In this document: positions 10,901 through 20,016 of the stretch, one piece after another
How the letters are laid out: each line of letters starts with the position of its first letter
Numbering within the stretch: position 1 is the first letter of the stretch
Source: Bacteroidia bacterium
GTDB taxonomy: Bacteria > Bacteroidota > Bacteroidia > AKYH767-A > OLB10
DNA length: 64,000 bases
Assembly (NCBI GenBank): GCA_044230205.1
Contig: JBGARN010000004.1
Location: forward strand, 10,135 to 74,134
Direction of reading: 5' to 3'
Position numbers and translations under genes: made by a program
Notes under the pieces: generated by a model
Told to the model about the DNA's origin: nothing
What the model saw: only the letters and a program-made list of their open reading frames with translations
Databases searched by the model: none

Positions 10901-11560
10901 ACTGGATTAGCATATCAATGGAAAAAAGGTACAGCATCAATTGCCGGAGCAACTTTGCCGACTTACAGCGCCAAAGCAGCTGCAACCTATAAAGTATTAG
11001 TTACTAATTCATCAGGCTGCACCAAACTATCAGCCGGTACTAAACTCCAGTTTTCACCCGTTGCCAAAATTACAGCAGGCGGCCCAACAACTTTTTGCAA
11101 TGGTGACAGTGTAGTTCTATCTGCGCAAGTTGCTGCAGGCTATACCTATCAATGGAAGAAGGGTACAGCAAATATTGCAGGAGCCACAGGAGCAACCTAT
11201 TCGGCAAAAGCTTCAGGAACTTACAAGTGTTTGTTTACAGATAGTAATGGCTGCACAGCTCTGAGCAGTGGTATTGTGGTGACGGTAAATTGCAGGACAG
11301 CTGCAGTTTCAAATTCTGTTTTCAATGTGAATGTAACACCCAATCCATTTAAAGACATTATGCAGGTGTCGCTGGAGTCAACTTCAACTGATCTCTTTAC
11401 AATAGAAATATATGATGCAGTGGGCAAAATGATGCTTAATGAAAAATACCTGTCACCTGAAATTGAATACGAAACAGGAAGTGATTTACAACCCGGACTT
11501 TATTTTATTAGAATTATTCAGGGTGAAATGATTAAGACATTAAAAGTTGTTAAAAATTAA
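7961..11560 (+). CDS. SBBP beta-propeller-repeat surface protein with three Ig-like repeats and a T9SS CTD
   Basis: Signal peptide. About 20 repeats of the form D..GN.YV.G......D..T.KY...G...W. Three ~80-aa C.GDS..LSA...YQWKKGTA.IAGAT..TYSAKA repeats. C-terminal VTPNPFKDIMQV...GLYFIRI...LKVVKN. Confidence 0.8.
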   Translation: MKIKLHIPFFLILLSVFQSYAQPLPVFNKTVSGTGDNSDWFNAITTDNAGVIYAAGYTFNQGKDKDFLLVKMNTAGSVLWSRQINGAGNGFDKAQFVALDGTGNIYVCGESDGGSINHTDILTAKYDAAGNLIWSVSYNASLYNQNDVPLGMVVDQNGNVFITGNSDRDSSIAGLNDDIITLKYNTSGVQQWARIYNGSGNGTDRGTAIATDNSGGCVITGRTFNGNNDDAITIKYNAAGAEVFNTQFDRGLTGNDRGEAITIDLIGNIYVAGRSSNNNDDDFLTIKYDAIGNVLFAVYYNNVDNDRASLIALDAFGNIIVAGQSDRIGGGNINYDYCTVKYTSTGVFRWVRFLGNAVNNDEDPHALDTDAAGSIFVTGKSDQNALAAATYNDFLTAKYDSAGTLTWSVTAAGSATNSDDIAEGMSFIGTDLYVCGSKQNAGTQKDATLIKYASNGNVTWDYNYNGIGDFTDKIQAMVTDTLNNVYITGYVYMPEHRRDVFTAKIDANGNQVWIKYYDFSQSDDEGKGIALDTAGNVYVCGNSIGNGTSDDYVLIKYNNAGDSIWSVRYDFNSEADVAVSLCISNNGSIYVTGYSDANQSSFITDYDIATFKVNPLGNIVDVVRYGNPNVADRGVKIVTNGTILFVTGRVTNGTNEDIVTLKYTGALNQSWSAVYAGAANGDDQPRDITIDGTSVYVTGQTANASGNDDYITLKYNSTGIQQWVSTYNGTGNYTDRAYGIAANANGIYVTGRSAPGTGIDSADFVTLCLNKTTGVISWSDRYNYGLPDRANSIAIAPDGSIFVTGESVSAITGSDFATVMYNQNGNRIWVARYDGGINGEDVSRLVNVSSTGYLYVAGYASYNSANQFDGSLLKYCPTPAASAGADKSICKGLSTTLNGSGTRTFLWTPSTGLSSSTIAAPTANPAITTTYILTVTNAAGCTATDTVTVVVNNLPTATITPAGTQTICNGDSLLLSANTGTGLAYQWKKGTASIAGATLPTYSAKAAATYKVLVTNSSGCTKLSAGTKLQFSPVAKITAGGPTTFCNGDSVVLSAQVAAGYTYQWKKGTANIAGATGATYSAKASGTYKCLFTDSNGCTALSSGIVVTVNCRTAAVSNSVFNVNVTPNPFKDIMQVSLESTSTDLFTIEIYDAVGKMMLNEKYLSPEIEYETGSDLQPGLYFIRIIQGEMIKTLKVVKN

Positions 11561-11580
11561 AACCGGGTTATCCTATCAAA

Positions 11581-14478
11581 ATGAAAAAAATTATCATCAT
11601 AATAATTGTGCTTATAACATTCAGTAATCTGCAAGCCCAGATCGCTCAGCAATGGATTTCAACATTTAATGGATCTGGTGATTATACGGACCGTTTCACT
11701 TGTATTGCTGCTGATAATTTAGGAAATATTGTAGCAGGAGGATCAACAGTTAACATTAACCAAAACCGCGACTATTTAATTTTAAAAATGGATGCATCAG
11801 GAGTAGTGTTATGGAGAACTGAATTTAATGCTCCCGGAAACGGACCTGATGAAATTACTGCAATAGAAATTGATCCCAACGGATTTATATACGTTACCGG
11901 ATTCGGAAAAAGTAATGATGCAGGAAATGATTTTCTCACACTTAAACTCGATTTATCCGGTAATATCATCTGGCAAAACATGTATGATTCACCTTTTCAT
12001 CAGTACGACCAGGCTAATTCAATAGCGCTCGACAATGCGGGGAATGTTTACGTTACCGGGCAAGGGGACAGAGACTCAACCACTGTAACTAATGATGATT
12101 ATATTACTATTAAATATAACAACAGCGGGGCTCAGCAATGGGTGCAGCAATTCAATGGACTGGGAAATGCAACAGACAGGGCAGTAAAAGTGGTAACCGA
12201 TAATTCAGGTAATTGTTATGTAACAGGGCGAAGCAATAATGGAAACAATGATGACTTTGTAACAATTAAGTATGACGCCAATGGAGTTCAGCAATTTTTA
12301 AAGTATGGCGACCGAAATAATAACGACCGGGCAACCTCTATGGCAACAGATCATTCTTCTTTTATTGTAGTTACCGGCAGAAGCGGTAACGCTAATGATG
12401 ATGATTATTACACCATTAAGTATGATCTTACCGGAAGTCAGATTTGGGCAAAAGCTTTTGATTTTGTTGATGATGACAGAAGTACGGCTGTTGCAATCGA
12501 TCCATCAGGTAATGTATATGTAACTGGTCAAAGTGATCAGGATGCAACTCCATTCCGTAACTGGAATTACAGAACAATTAAATATAACAGTGTTGGAAAT
12601 ATTGTGTGGAACCAGACCTATGACGGAGCCGCGGCTAATGATGATATTCCTACTTCAATTTTTGTTAACTCAAATGGCGCAGTCTATGTAACCGGGCAGA
12701 GCGATAGCGATCCAACCCCGCTTACCTCCAACGACATTGTTACCTTAAAATACTCTACTGCCGGTGTTCAAACCTGGGTTGATACCTATGCAGGTGCAGC
12801 CGGCAAGGAGGATGTTGGAAATGCAGTAACCGAAAACTCAGGTGGAAATTGTTTTATAACAGGATTTACAGAGGATGCCAGTGAGCAAAGCAATGGTCTT
12901 ATTGTTAAATACAGTAATACCGGCTCATCACTTTTTAATTACACGTTTAATGGTATTGGTGATAACTCTGATAACATCAGGAGCATAGCAGTTGACCAGG
13001 CAGGAAACGTATACGAAGCGGGTTATTCTGTGTCAAAACTTGCAGACAGGAATTACACTGTATTAAAAATTAATTCGGTTGGTGATACCGTATGGACCAG
13101 GCAGGTGGATGGCACATCACCCGGAAGTGATGACGAAGCATATGCTATTGCAATTGATAACGGTGGTAATATTATTACCGGTGGTTTTGTAAAGAACAGT
13201 GGCACCAGCAGCGATTACCAGGTTATTAAGTTTAATACAAATGGTGATACCCTATGGACCTATTTGTATGATTCACCTGTTCATGAAACTGACAGGGGTT
13301 ATGCTATGCAACTGGATGCATCAGGCAACATTTATATTACCGGACGCTCAGATGCTGATCCATCAATTCTGTCAAATGATAATTGCGTTACCATAAAATT
13401 AAATAACAACGGCCTACAGCAATGGGTATCTGCTTATGCATCGCCAGGCAACTTTAATGAAAGAGGAACTATTATTCAGGTTTCGCCTTCAGGCAATGTT
13501 TATGTAGCAGGACGAACCTTTAATGGAACCAACGATGATATTTTGGTTTTGAAATATGACAATAACGGTGCACAGCAGTGGGTTCAAACATACAATGGTG
13601 GTAACGGTGACGATGTGCCCAGAGATATGTTGATAGATGCCAATGAAAATATTTATATAACAGGTGAAAGTGCAGGCACTATTGATACTGTTTTTGATTA
13701 TGTAACATTAAAGTATAACTCAGCAGGTTCACAGCAATGGGCCAACCGTTATGACGGAGCCGGTCAGAATGATTTTGCAGAAGGCATTGCATCAGATAAT
13801 GCTGGAAATATAATTGTAACTGGATATAGTGATATTGATGCCGGTACTGACACAAGTTATAATGTAGTAACCATAAAATATGATGGATCTGGAAATGTAG
13901 TTTGGACTCAGCCTTATGATTTCGGTTTGAATTTAAACGACATTTCCGATGCCATCGCCACAGATGCTTTTGGAAATATTTATGTGGCTGCTCATACCAA
14001 TAAAGGTTCAGCTGCAGATCCTGATTACGATATGTTGCTGCTGAGGTACAACACCAATGGTGTATTATCATGGAATGCATTAGCCCAGGGAACTGCAGAC
14101 AGTATTGATGTGCCTAATATTGTTAGTGTAATTGGTAATGATATTTACATGGCAGGAAGTTTTACCAACACCAATCAGCAGCGTGATATGGCTTTAATTA
14201 AATATAACGGATTCCTGTCTGTTGAAGAAAATGCAAATTCAGCGGATGACGCTACTGTATTCCCTAACCCATTTAAAGATGAAATACAATTTAACCTGAA
14301 TAATACCAATACAGTTTATCAATTAGAAGTTCGTGATGCCGTTGGAAGAATTATTGTTCAGCAAAGCATTACAGCCAGTACCCATGTTGATTTCTCATCT
14401 TATGAAAGTGGTTTTTATACCTATACTATTTCAGATAGAAATCAAATTATCAAAACAGGAAAATTAATTCACCAGTAA
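11581..14478 (+). CDS. SBBP beta-propeller-repeat surface protein with T9SS CTD (paralogue of the preceding gene)
   Basis: Signal peptide and the same repeat grammar as 7961..11560. CTD is VFPNPFKDEIQFNL...GFYTYTI...GKLIHQ. It lies 20 nt after the previous stop. Confidence 0.8.
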   Translation: MKKIIIIIIVLITFSNLQAQIAQQWISTFNGSGDYTDRFTCIAADNLGNIVAGGSTVNINQNRDYLILKMDASGVVLWRTEFNAPGNGPDEITAIEIDPNGFIYVTGFGKSNDAGNDFLTLKLDLSGNIIWQNMYDSPFHQYDQANSIALDNAGNVYVTGQGDRDSTTVTNDDYITIKYNNSGAQQWVQQFNGLGNATDRAVKVVTDNSGNCYVTGRSNNGNNDDFVTIKYDANGVQQFLKYGDRNNNDRATSMATDHSSFIVVTGRSGNANDDDYYTIKYDLTGSQIWAKAFDFVDDDRSTAVAIDPSGNVYVTGQSDQDATPFRNWNYRTIKYNSVGNIVWNQTYDGAAANDDIPTSIFVNSNGAVYVTGQSDSDPTPLTSNDIVTLKYSTAGVQTWVDTYAGAAGKEDVGNAVTENSGGNCFITGFTEDASEQSNGLIVKYSNTGSSLFNYTFNGIGDNSDNIRSIAVDQAGNVYEAGYSVSKLADRNYTVLKINSVGDTVWTRQVDGTSPGSDDEAYAIAIDNGGNIITGGFVKNSGTSSDYQVIKFNTNGDTLWTYLYDSPVHETDRGYAMQLDASGNIYITGRSDADPSILSNDNCVTIKLNNNGLQQWVSAYASPGNFNERGTIIQVSPSGNVYVAGRTFNGTNDDILVLKYDNNGAQQWVQTYNGGNGDDVPRDMLIDANENIYITGESAGTIDTVFDYVTLKYNSAGSQQWANRYDGAGQNDFAEGIASDNAGNIIVTGYSDIDAGTDTSYNVVTIKYDGSGNVVWTQPYDFGLNLNDISDAIATDAFGNIYVAAHTNKGSAADPDYDMLLLRYNTNGVLSWNALAQGTADSIDVPNIVSVIGNDIYMAGSFTNTNQQRDMALIKYNGFLSVEENANSADDATVFPNPFKDEIQFNLNNTNTVYQLEVRDAVGRIIVQQSITASTHVDFSSYESGFYTYTISDRNQIIKTGKLIHQ

Positions 14479-14504
14479 ATTCAAATCAAGAAAATCATAG
14501 AGCT

Positions 14505-15539
14505 ATGAAAATCAAAAAATCAATTGCCGCAAAAGATATTCAGAACTATACACTGAATTCATCCATCAATAATACATATACACCATTAGCGGGTGATGTT
14601 GCTGTTTTTGAAATAATTGAAACAGGTAAACACGAAAGTATTCAGTCAGACAGTAAACGTAATGTGGGAATATTTCCGGGCGATTTAATTATGGCATGTT
14701 TTGCTGATCGTTATGCCACATCGCAGTTCGAAGGCTATGTTCCTAATCAGCCAACTGAAATGTTGCATATACTTGGTGCCGGTGGTGCTATAGGAATTGT
14801 AAAATCCAAAAACTGGTCATTGAAAGATATTGAACCAACATCTGTAAAACTGGTTGGTTATTGTTGTGATGAAAACAGCAAAGTGATCAATTCTAAATTT
14901 TATAATAAAAGAAGAATTAAGTTTAACGGGAGAGTTCCGAATGATGCCAAAATAATTTTATCAATAGGCTCCACCATGGATAGTGGGAAAACTACCACAG
15001 CAGCATTCCTGGCAAGGGGGTTAAAAAAAGGCGATAAAAAAGTGGCCTTTATTAAATTCACGGGTACTTCTTATACAAAGGATAAAGACTTTGTATATGA
15101 TTGCGGAGCTGATGTAGCAATTGATTTTTCTGATATGGGATTTCCTTCCACTTACATGTGCAATAAAGAAGAATTACTCGATCTGTACCAGTCATTGCTA
15201 ACCTTGCTTGAGCCTGAAAAGCCTGATTTTATTGTTATGGAAATAGCTGATGGTTTAATGCAGCGTGAAACAAACTTTCTTTTAAAAGATCGTGAGTTTT
15301 TAAACACTATTCACTCTGTGATATTTTCATGTGGCGACAGCCTGGGTGCTTTCTATGGTATTCAATATTTAAATGATCTTGGCATTGTGCCTGCAGCCAT
15401 AAGCGGTTGTTTTACAATGAGCCCGCTGCTTATTGAGGAAGTAATTGAACACAGCGCTATGCATGTTCTAAATATCGATCAGTTAATGACCGGAGATTAT
15501 AATGATCTGTTCATTCGAAATGCACTTAAAGTAGCTTAA
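14505..15539 (+). CDS. uncharacterised two-domain P-loop NTPase-like protein (possibly DUF1611-like C-terminal domain)
   Basis: 344 aa with no signal peptide or TM segment. Walker-A-like GSTMDSGKTTT at aa 155-165 (nt 14967-14999). Walker-B-like DFIVMEIADG about 80 aa later. The N-terminal 150 aa is unassigned. Confidence 0.5.
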   Translation: MKIKKSIAAKDIQNYTLNSSINNTYTPLAGDVAVFEIIETGKHESIQSDSKRNVGIFPGDLIMACFADRYATSQFEGYVPNQPTEMLHILGAGGAIGIVKSKNWSLKDIEPTSVKLVGYCCDENSKVINSKFYNKRRIKFNGRVPNDAKIILSIGSTMDSGKTTTAAFLARGLKKGDKKVAFIKFTGTSYTKDKDFVYDCGADVAIDFSDMGFPSTYMCNKEELLDLYQSLLTLLEPEKPDFIVMEIADGLMQRETNFLLKDREFLNTIHSVIFSCGDSLGAFYGIQYLNDLGIVPAAISGCFTMSPLLIEEVIEHSAMHVLNIDQLMTGDYNDLFIRNALKVA

Positions 15540-17233
15540 TGTTTACCAAAAAATCAATAACTGCTGACTTTGTAAAAAAACATAAAACACTTGTAGCGAT
15601 ATCTTTTGCAAGCGGGTTAATCGGATCGTTATTAAATGTTTTTATTCCACTAAGCATTGGTAAATTTTATGAATTGGTGTTACATACCAATTCAGCAAAA
15701 GGAAAACTTTTTGAAGCAGTTGGTATAGAGATCCAAAGCACCACGAGTTTTCTGTATTTTTTTATAGCCATCATTTTAGCGCGAGCCGTTTTATTGTTTA
15801 TTCAGAAGTATGCTACCGGAAATATTAATGAAACGTTTTCAAAAAATCTGCGTGAATTATTGTTTTCGCGGCAAATGGGACAATCGTTAAATGACTTTCA
15901 ATCAAAGCCTGCCGGGCAATATCTTTTACGTTACAGTGGTGATATGACATCAATCCAGAAATATATAGGCGCAGGGGTTATCGGATTTACAAGTGATGTG
16001 TTTTTTATGATTACAGCATTCTTTGTTTTAAGCCTGATGAATATGCCACTTACTTTATTAATTATTGCAGGTATCTGCGCAGGCACTATCATTTATTTTT
16101 TATTGGGCAGGTTCATGAAACCTGTTGCATCAGAAAGACGCAATCAAAAATCAGGCTTGCTTCATTTTGCATCTTCAAGACTGTTTTCATTTTTTACTGT
16201 TAAAGCATTCAACCGCGAAACACCTGAGGTAAATGCCTTCAACAAACGATCTGAAAAATTATTTATGTCAGGAAAAAGATACCAGGCTTTGAGTGCACTT
16301 AATGAATCTTTTCTTCCACTGCTTTTTTTTGGTGTAATGGCTTTGGTATTATATGCTATTCATGATGATGCTGCACAACACCGGCTGCTGCTTTCAAAAA
16401 GCGATGTTGTTTCTTACATCTTAATGGTTCTTTATATGCAAAGCCCTTTCAAGCGAATTTTGAAAGTTAATACAGTATGGCAAAATGCTTCGATATCATT
16501 CAGCAAACTGATTTCAATTTTGAATATTGATATTGAGAAAAGAGAAGCCGATGAAATGAACGATAAACCCAAAGCTACAGTTGCAATGCAGAATGTGTCT
16601 TTTGGTTACACCAATAAACAACCTGTAATAAATAATTTTTCATTCACTTTCTTTCCCGGAAACATGTATGTTATTCATGGAAGCCAGGGTTCAGGCAAAA
16701 GCACATTGCTTAAACTGTTATTGAATATATATCATCCGTCAAAAGGAAATATTTTCCTTGATCAATACAACTATAACAAGTTATCTCCTTTTTTTATCAG
16801 GAAGCAAATGACATTGGTATCTGATGAAGCTCCGCTGCTGGGCTCAACAGTATTTAAAGCTATAAGCTACAGTGGCCGCGAAAGCCAGGAAGAAAAAGCA
16901 AATAAGGTTTTAGCTCAACTGGATTTTGCATTAAGCGATGAACTAAAAAATCCTGACTTTAAGCTGGATAATGATGCATCAAACATTTCTAAAGGACAAC
17001 GTACCATACTTGGTTTTGCACGGGCTTTAAATTCAGGCAAGAAAATATTGCTGCTTGATGAACCTTTCGTAAATCTTGATGATAGAACTACTGATGGAAT
17101 AGTGCAATTGCTCAACAGTCTTAAATCAAAAAAAACTATCATCATTGCAGCACACTACATTCCTCAGTTGCTTGATGTTGACCAGGTAATTGAATTAAAT
17201 TCAACTAATACAATTGAATATGAGAACTCATAA
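15539..17233 (+). CDS. ABC exporter, fused permease/ATPase (type I exporter fold)
   Basis: 564 aa. N-terminal ~300 aa has ~6 TM helices. The NBD has Walker A GSQGSGKST, signature ISKGQRTILGFARAL, Walker B ILLLDEP and an H-loop AAH. The ATG overlaps the previous stop (TAATG). Confidence 0.85.
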   Translation: MFTKKSITADFVKKHKTLVAISFASGLIGSLLNVFIPLSIGKFYELVLHTNSAKGKLFEAVGIEIQSTTSFLYFFIAIILARAVLLFIQKYATGNINETFSKNLRELLFSRQMGQSLNDFQSKPAGQYLLRYSGDMTSIQKYIGAGVIGFTSDVFFMITAFFVLSLMNMPLTLLIIAGICAGTIIYFLLGRFMKPVASERRNQKSGLLHFASSRLFSFFTVKAFNRETPEVNAFNKRSEKLFMSGKRYQALSALNESFLPLLFFGVMALVLYAIHDDAAQHRLLLSKSDVVSYILMVLYMQSPFKRILKVNTVWQNASISFSKLISILNIDIEKREADEMNDKPKATVAMQNVSFGYTNKQPVINNFSFTFFPGNMYVIHGSQGSGKSTLLKLLLNIYHPSKGNIFLDQYNYNKLSPFFIRKQMTLVSDEAPLLGSTVFKAISYSGRESQEEKANKVLAQLDFALSDELKNPDFKLDNDASNISKGQRTILGFARALNSGKKILLLDEPFVNLDDRTTDGIVQLLNSLKSKKTIIIAAHYIPQLLDVDQVIELNSTNTIEYENS

Positions 17234-17624
17234 ATTAATTTTTGCCACAATAATTTTAATCCTTATGTCATTGATGGCTTGTAAAAAGCAGGAGGGTTCA
17301 GGTGGCGATGCATCTATTTACGGAAAGATTCATGTGAAGCATTATAACTCCACATTTACTCAATTTATAAGTGAATATCCGGGATCTGATTTGTATGTAT
17401 ATATTATTTACGGTGATGACATCAGTTATGGCCAGCGATTAAAAACAAATTATAATGGAGAGTTTGAGTTCAAATATCTTTATAAAGGTGATTACAAAGT
17501 TTATACTTATTCATTAGACAGTACATTAAATGATCCGTCAGGTAAAATTGCTGTTGTGAAAGATGTGCACATCAGTGGCAAGAAAGAAAAAGCTGATGCA
17601 GGTACATTTGAAATTTTTAACTGA
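17220..17624 (+). CDS. small lipoprotein with beta-sandwich (CarboxypepD_reg/transthyretin-like) character
   Basis: Lipobox LMSLMAC-KK. Pattern GKIHV...NYNGEFEFKYLYKGDYKVY. The ATG at 17220 lies inside the 3' end of the ABC gene (the track's TTG is at 17214). Confidence 0.55.
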   Translation: MRTHKLIFATIILILMSLMACKKQEGSGGDASIYGKIHVKHYNSTFTQFISEYPGSDLYVYIIYGDDISYGQRLKTNYNGEFEFKYLYKGDYKVYTYSLDSTLNDPSGKIAVVKDVHISGKKEKADAGTFEIFN

Positions 17625-18232
17625 TGTTATTTCCATTTGAACATTTAATCAAGTTTACAATGATGAGATCTGATAAAACGCTGTTGATTACGTTATTGCT
17701 TTATATTATATCTGTTTCTGCATATAGCCAATCTGCTAATGATATAAGAGAAAGAAATATAAAATCAGTTTATACCATTACCAACGATCAGCGCAAAGGA
17801 CAACAGGTTATAAAAAGTAATTTAACCCGTTATGATAGCAAAGGCAATGCTGTGGAGATAATTGATTTTAATGCCGACAGTATTATAGTATCGCATGAAA
17901 AATTCAAGTACAATAAAAACAATGATGAAATAGAAAACACCATAATAGATTCGCTTGGCAATACAGTTAAGAAAATAGTGACTGAATATGATAAATGGAA
18001 AAATGTAGCAGCAAAATTTACCTATGATAAAAGCGGATTATTAATTGAAAAAACAGCACTCAATTATAATAACTCAAATGATAAAACTGATGAAATTACA
18101 TTTGATAAAGATGGAAAAACTATAAGAAAGATAGTGTATGAATATGATAATAAGGGAATGATGATCAACAGGAAAACATACAATGAGAAAAACGAGCTCA
18201 TTTATTCACGGAGTTATTTTTATGAGTACTAG
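17624..18232 (+). CDS. secreted YD-repeat-like protein
   Basis: Signal peptide begins at the internal MMRSDKTLLITLLLYIISVSAYSQ, so the true start is probably 17660. Repeated YD.KGN / YDKSG / FDKDGK / YEYDNKG motifs. The ATG at 17624 overlaps the previous TGA. Confidence 0.5.
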   Translation: MLFPFEHLIKFTMMRSDKTLLITLLLYIISVSAYSQSANDIRERNIKSVYTITNDQRKGQQVIKSNLTRYDSKGNAVEIIDFNADSIIVSHEKFKYNKNNDEIENTIIDSLGNTVKKIVTEYDKWKNVAAKFTYDKSGLLIEKTALNYNNSNDKTDEITFDKDGKTIRKIVYEYDNKGMMINRKTYNEKNELIYSRSYFYEY

Positions 18233-18241
18233 TAATTGAAA

Positions 18242-18922
18242 ATGCACAACCGTCTTAAAATAATCTTTATTTTGATTGCATTGCTGAAGGCGCCCGGGGT
18301 TGCATTCTCGCAGCCTCAGAATGATTACTCGATGCAGTTTAAAATTAATATTGAAAAAAAAATAAGCCGTTCATTTTCAACTTCTTTATATTACCAAAAC
18401 TCATTTAACCAGAATGCATCAGAAATGTATTATAACTTTATTGATGCGGGAATTGAATACAAGCTCAACAGAAATTTTACGGTGGATGCGCGATACCGTT
18501 TTGTTAAAATAAGGAACCGCGATAATTTTTATGATGACAGGAATTTGATTTATACTGATATTATGTATGCAAAAGGTTTTGGACGGTTTGGATTATTGGC
18601 GCGTGCACGATTTCAAAGGCAATTTTACGGTGGCATGAATAATGAGAACCCGGTTTCATACAGAGATTATAACCGCACAAAGCTGCAGCTTAAATACAGA
18701 ATTAATTATTATTGGTCGCCTTATGTTTCTTTGGAAGCCTATTATCCCTTTAACCACCCTGTAAGGAAGACAATTGATCAGTGGCGACAAACTGCAGGTG
18801 TTTTTTATACGATAAATGAGCAAATAAAAATTGAAGCATATTATCAACTTCAGCAACTAACGAACAGGAAAAATAAAAATCATACTTATGTAACTGCCCT
18901 TAACTTTTATTTCAAATTTTGA
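18242..18922 (+). CDS. predicted outer-membrane beta-barrel protein (DUF2490-like)
   Basis: Signal peptide, alternating amphipathic strands rich in Y/R/N, and a C-terminal ...LNFYFKF beta-signal-like end. The family assignment is from memory only. Confidence 0.5.
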   Translation: MHNRLKIIFILIALLKAPGVAFSQPQNDYSMQFKINIEKKISRSFSTSLYYQNSFNQNASEMYYNFIDAGIEYKLNRNFTVDARYRFVKIRNRDNFYDDRNLIYTDIMYAKGFGRFGLLARARFQRQFYGGMNNENPVSYRDYNRTKLQLKYRINYYWSPYVSLEAYYPFNHPVRKTIDQWRQTAGVFYTINEQIKIEAYYQLQQLTNRKNKNHTYVTALNFYFKF

Positions 18923-20004
18923 TGTCAACCTTAAAAATAAATTACAGCAATTATAGCTGCAGTGTAATGTCACAACAATTGCTTACTTTACTTTGTTTAA
19001 TATTTTTCATTCTCATGAATGTAACAACAACTCAGGGGCAGGTTAAAAGTAAAATTGCAATTGCAGTTCATGGCGGTGCGGGTAATCTGAAAAAACTAAA
19101 TCTTACTCCTGAGCAGGAAAAAAATTATAACGATACACTTGCACTGGCCTTGCAAACCGGTTATGCAGTGTTGAAAAAAGGCGGCAGCAGTGTAGATGCC
19201 GTGGAAGCAGCAGTTAAAGTAATGGAAAACTCACCGCTGTTTAATGCGGGCAAAGGTGCTGTATTTACCAATGAAGGTACCAATGAAATGGATGCCGCTA
19301 TAATGAATGGATTAAATAAAAAATGCGGAGCAGTTGCCGGTGTGCGTACCATTAAGAATCCTGTTTCGGCTGCGCGTATGGTTATGGATAGTTCCCAGTT
19401 TGTATTTCTTTCACAACGCGGTGCGGAAAAATTTGCAGCTGAACATGGCCTTGAAATAGTTGACACATCTTACTTCTACACTAAGTATCGCTGGGATCAA
19501 TTACAGAAAGCAATTATTAACGATACTGTTGAATTAGATCATAGTGATACATCAGGTTATAATAACAATGATGATAATGTGGATCATAAATTCGGTACAG
19601 TGGGTTGCGTTGCACTTGATCAGTATGGTAACCTGGCAGCGGCAACATCAACGGGAGGCATAACGAATAAAAAATATAATCGTATTGGCGATTCGCCATT
19701 GATCGGTTGTGGTACTTATGCTGAAAATAAAACCTGTGCAGTTTCATGCACCGGGAAAGGTGAAGATTTTATAAGACTTGTTGTTGCGTATGACATTGCT
19801 GCACTAATGAAATACAAATCACTCAAAATTAAGGATGCTGCTGATTACGTTATCCTCACCAAACTTCCAAAAATAAAAGGACGCGGTGGTTGCATAGCTA
19901 TAGATAGGTATGGACACATAGCCATGCCATTTACAACTGAAGGAATGTTCAGGGGTTATATTGATGTGAATGGAAAAATGAAGACCATGATTTATAAAGA
20001 CTGA
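18922..20004 (+). CDS. isoaspartyl peptidase / plant-type L-asparaginase (Ntn hydrolase), exported
   Basis: AVHGGAG, the autoproteolytic GTVGCVALD site and GDSPLIGCGTYA. A signal peptide is visible from the internal Met at 18967. The ATG at 18922 overlaps the previous TGA. Confidence 0.85.
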   Translation: MSTLKINYSNYSCSVMSQQLLTLLCLIFFILMNVTTTQGQVKSKIAIAVHGGAGNLKKLNLTPEQEKNYNDTLALALQTGYAVLKKGGSSVDAVEAAVKVMENSPLFNAGKGAVFTNEGTNEMDAAIMNGLNKKCGAVAGVRTIKNPVSAARMVMDSSQFVFLSQRGAEKFAAEHGLEIVDTSYFYTKYRWDQLQKAIINDTVELDHSDTSGYNNNDDNVDHKFGTVGCVALDQYGNLAAATSTGGITNKKYNRIGDSPLIGCGTYAENKTCAVSCTGKGEDFIRLVVAYDIAALMKYKSLKIKDAADYVILTKLPKIKGRGGCIAIDRYGHIAMPFTTEGMFRGYIDVNGKMKTMIYKD

Positions 20005-20016
20005 TTAAAAGTGCTG

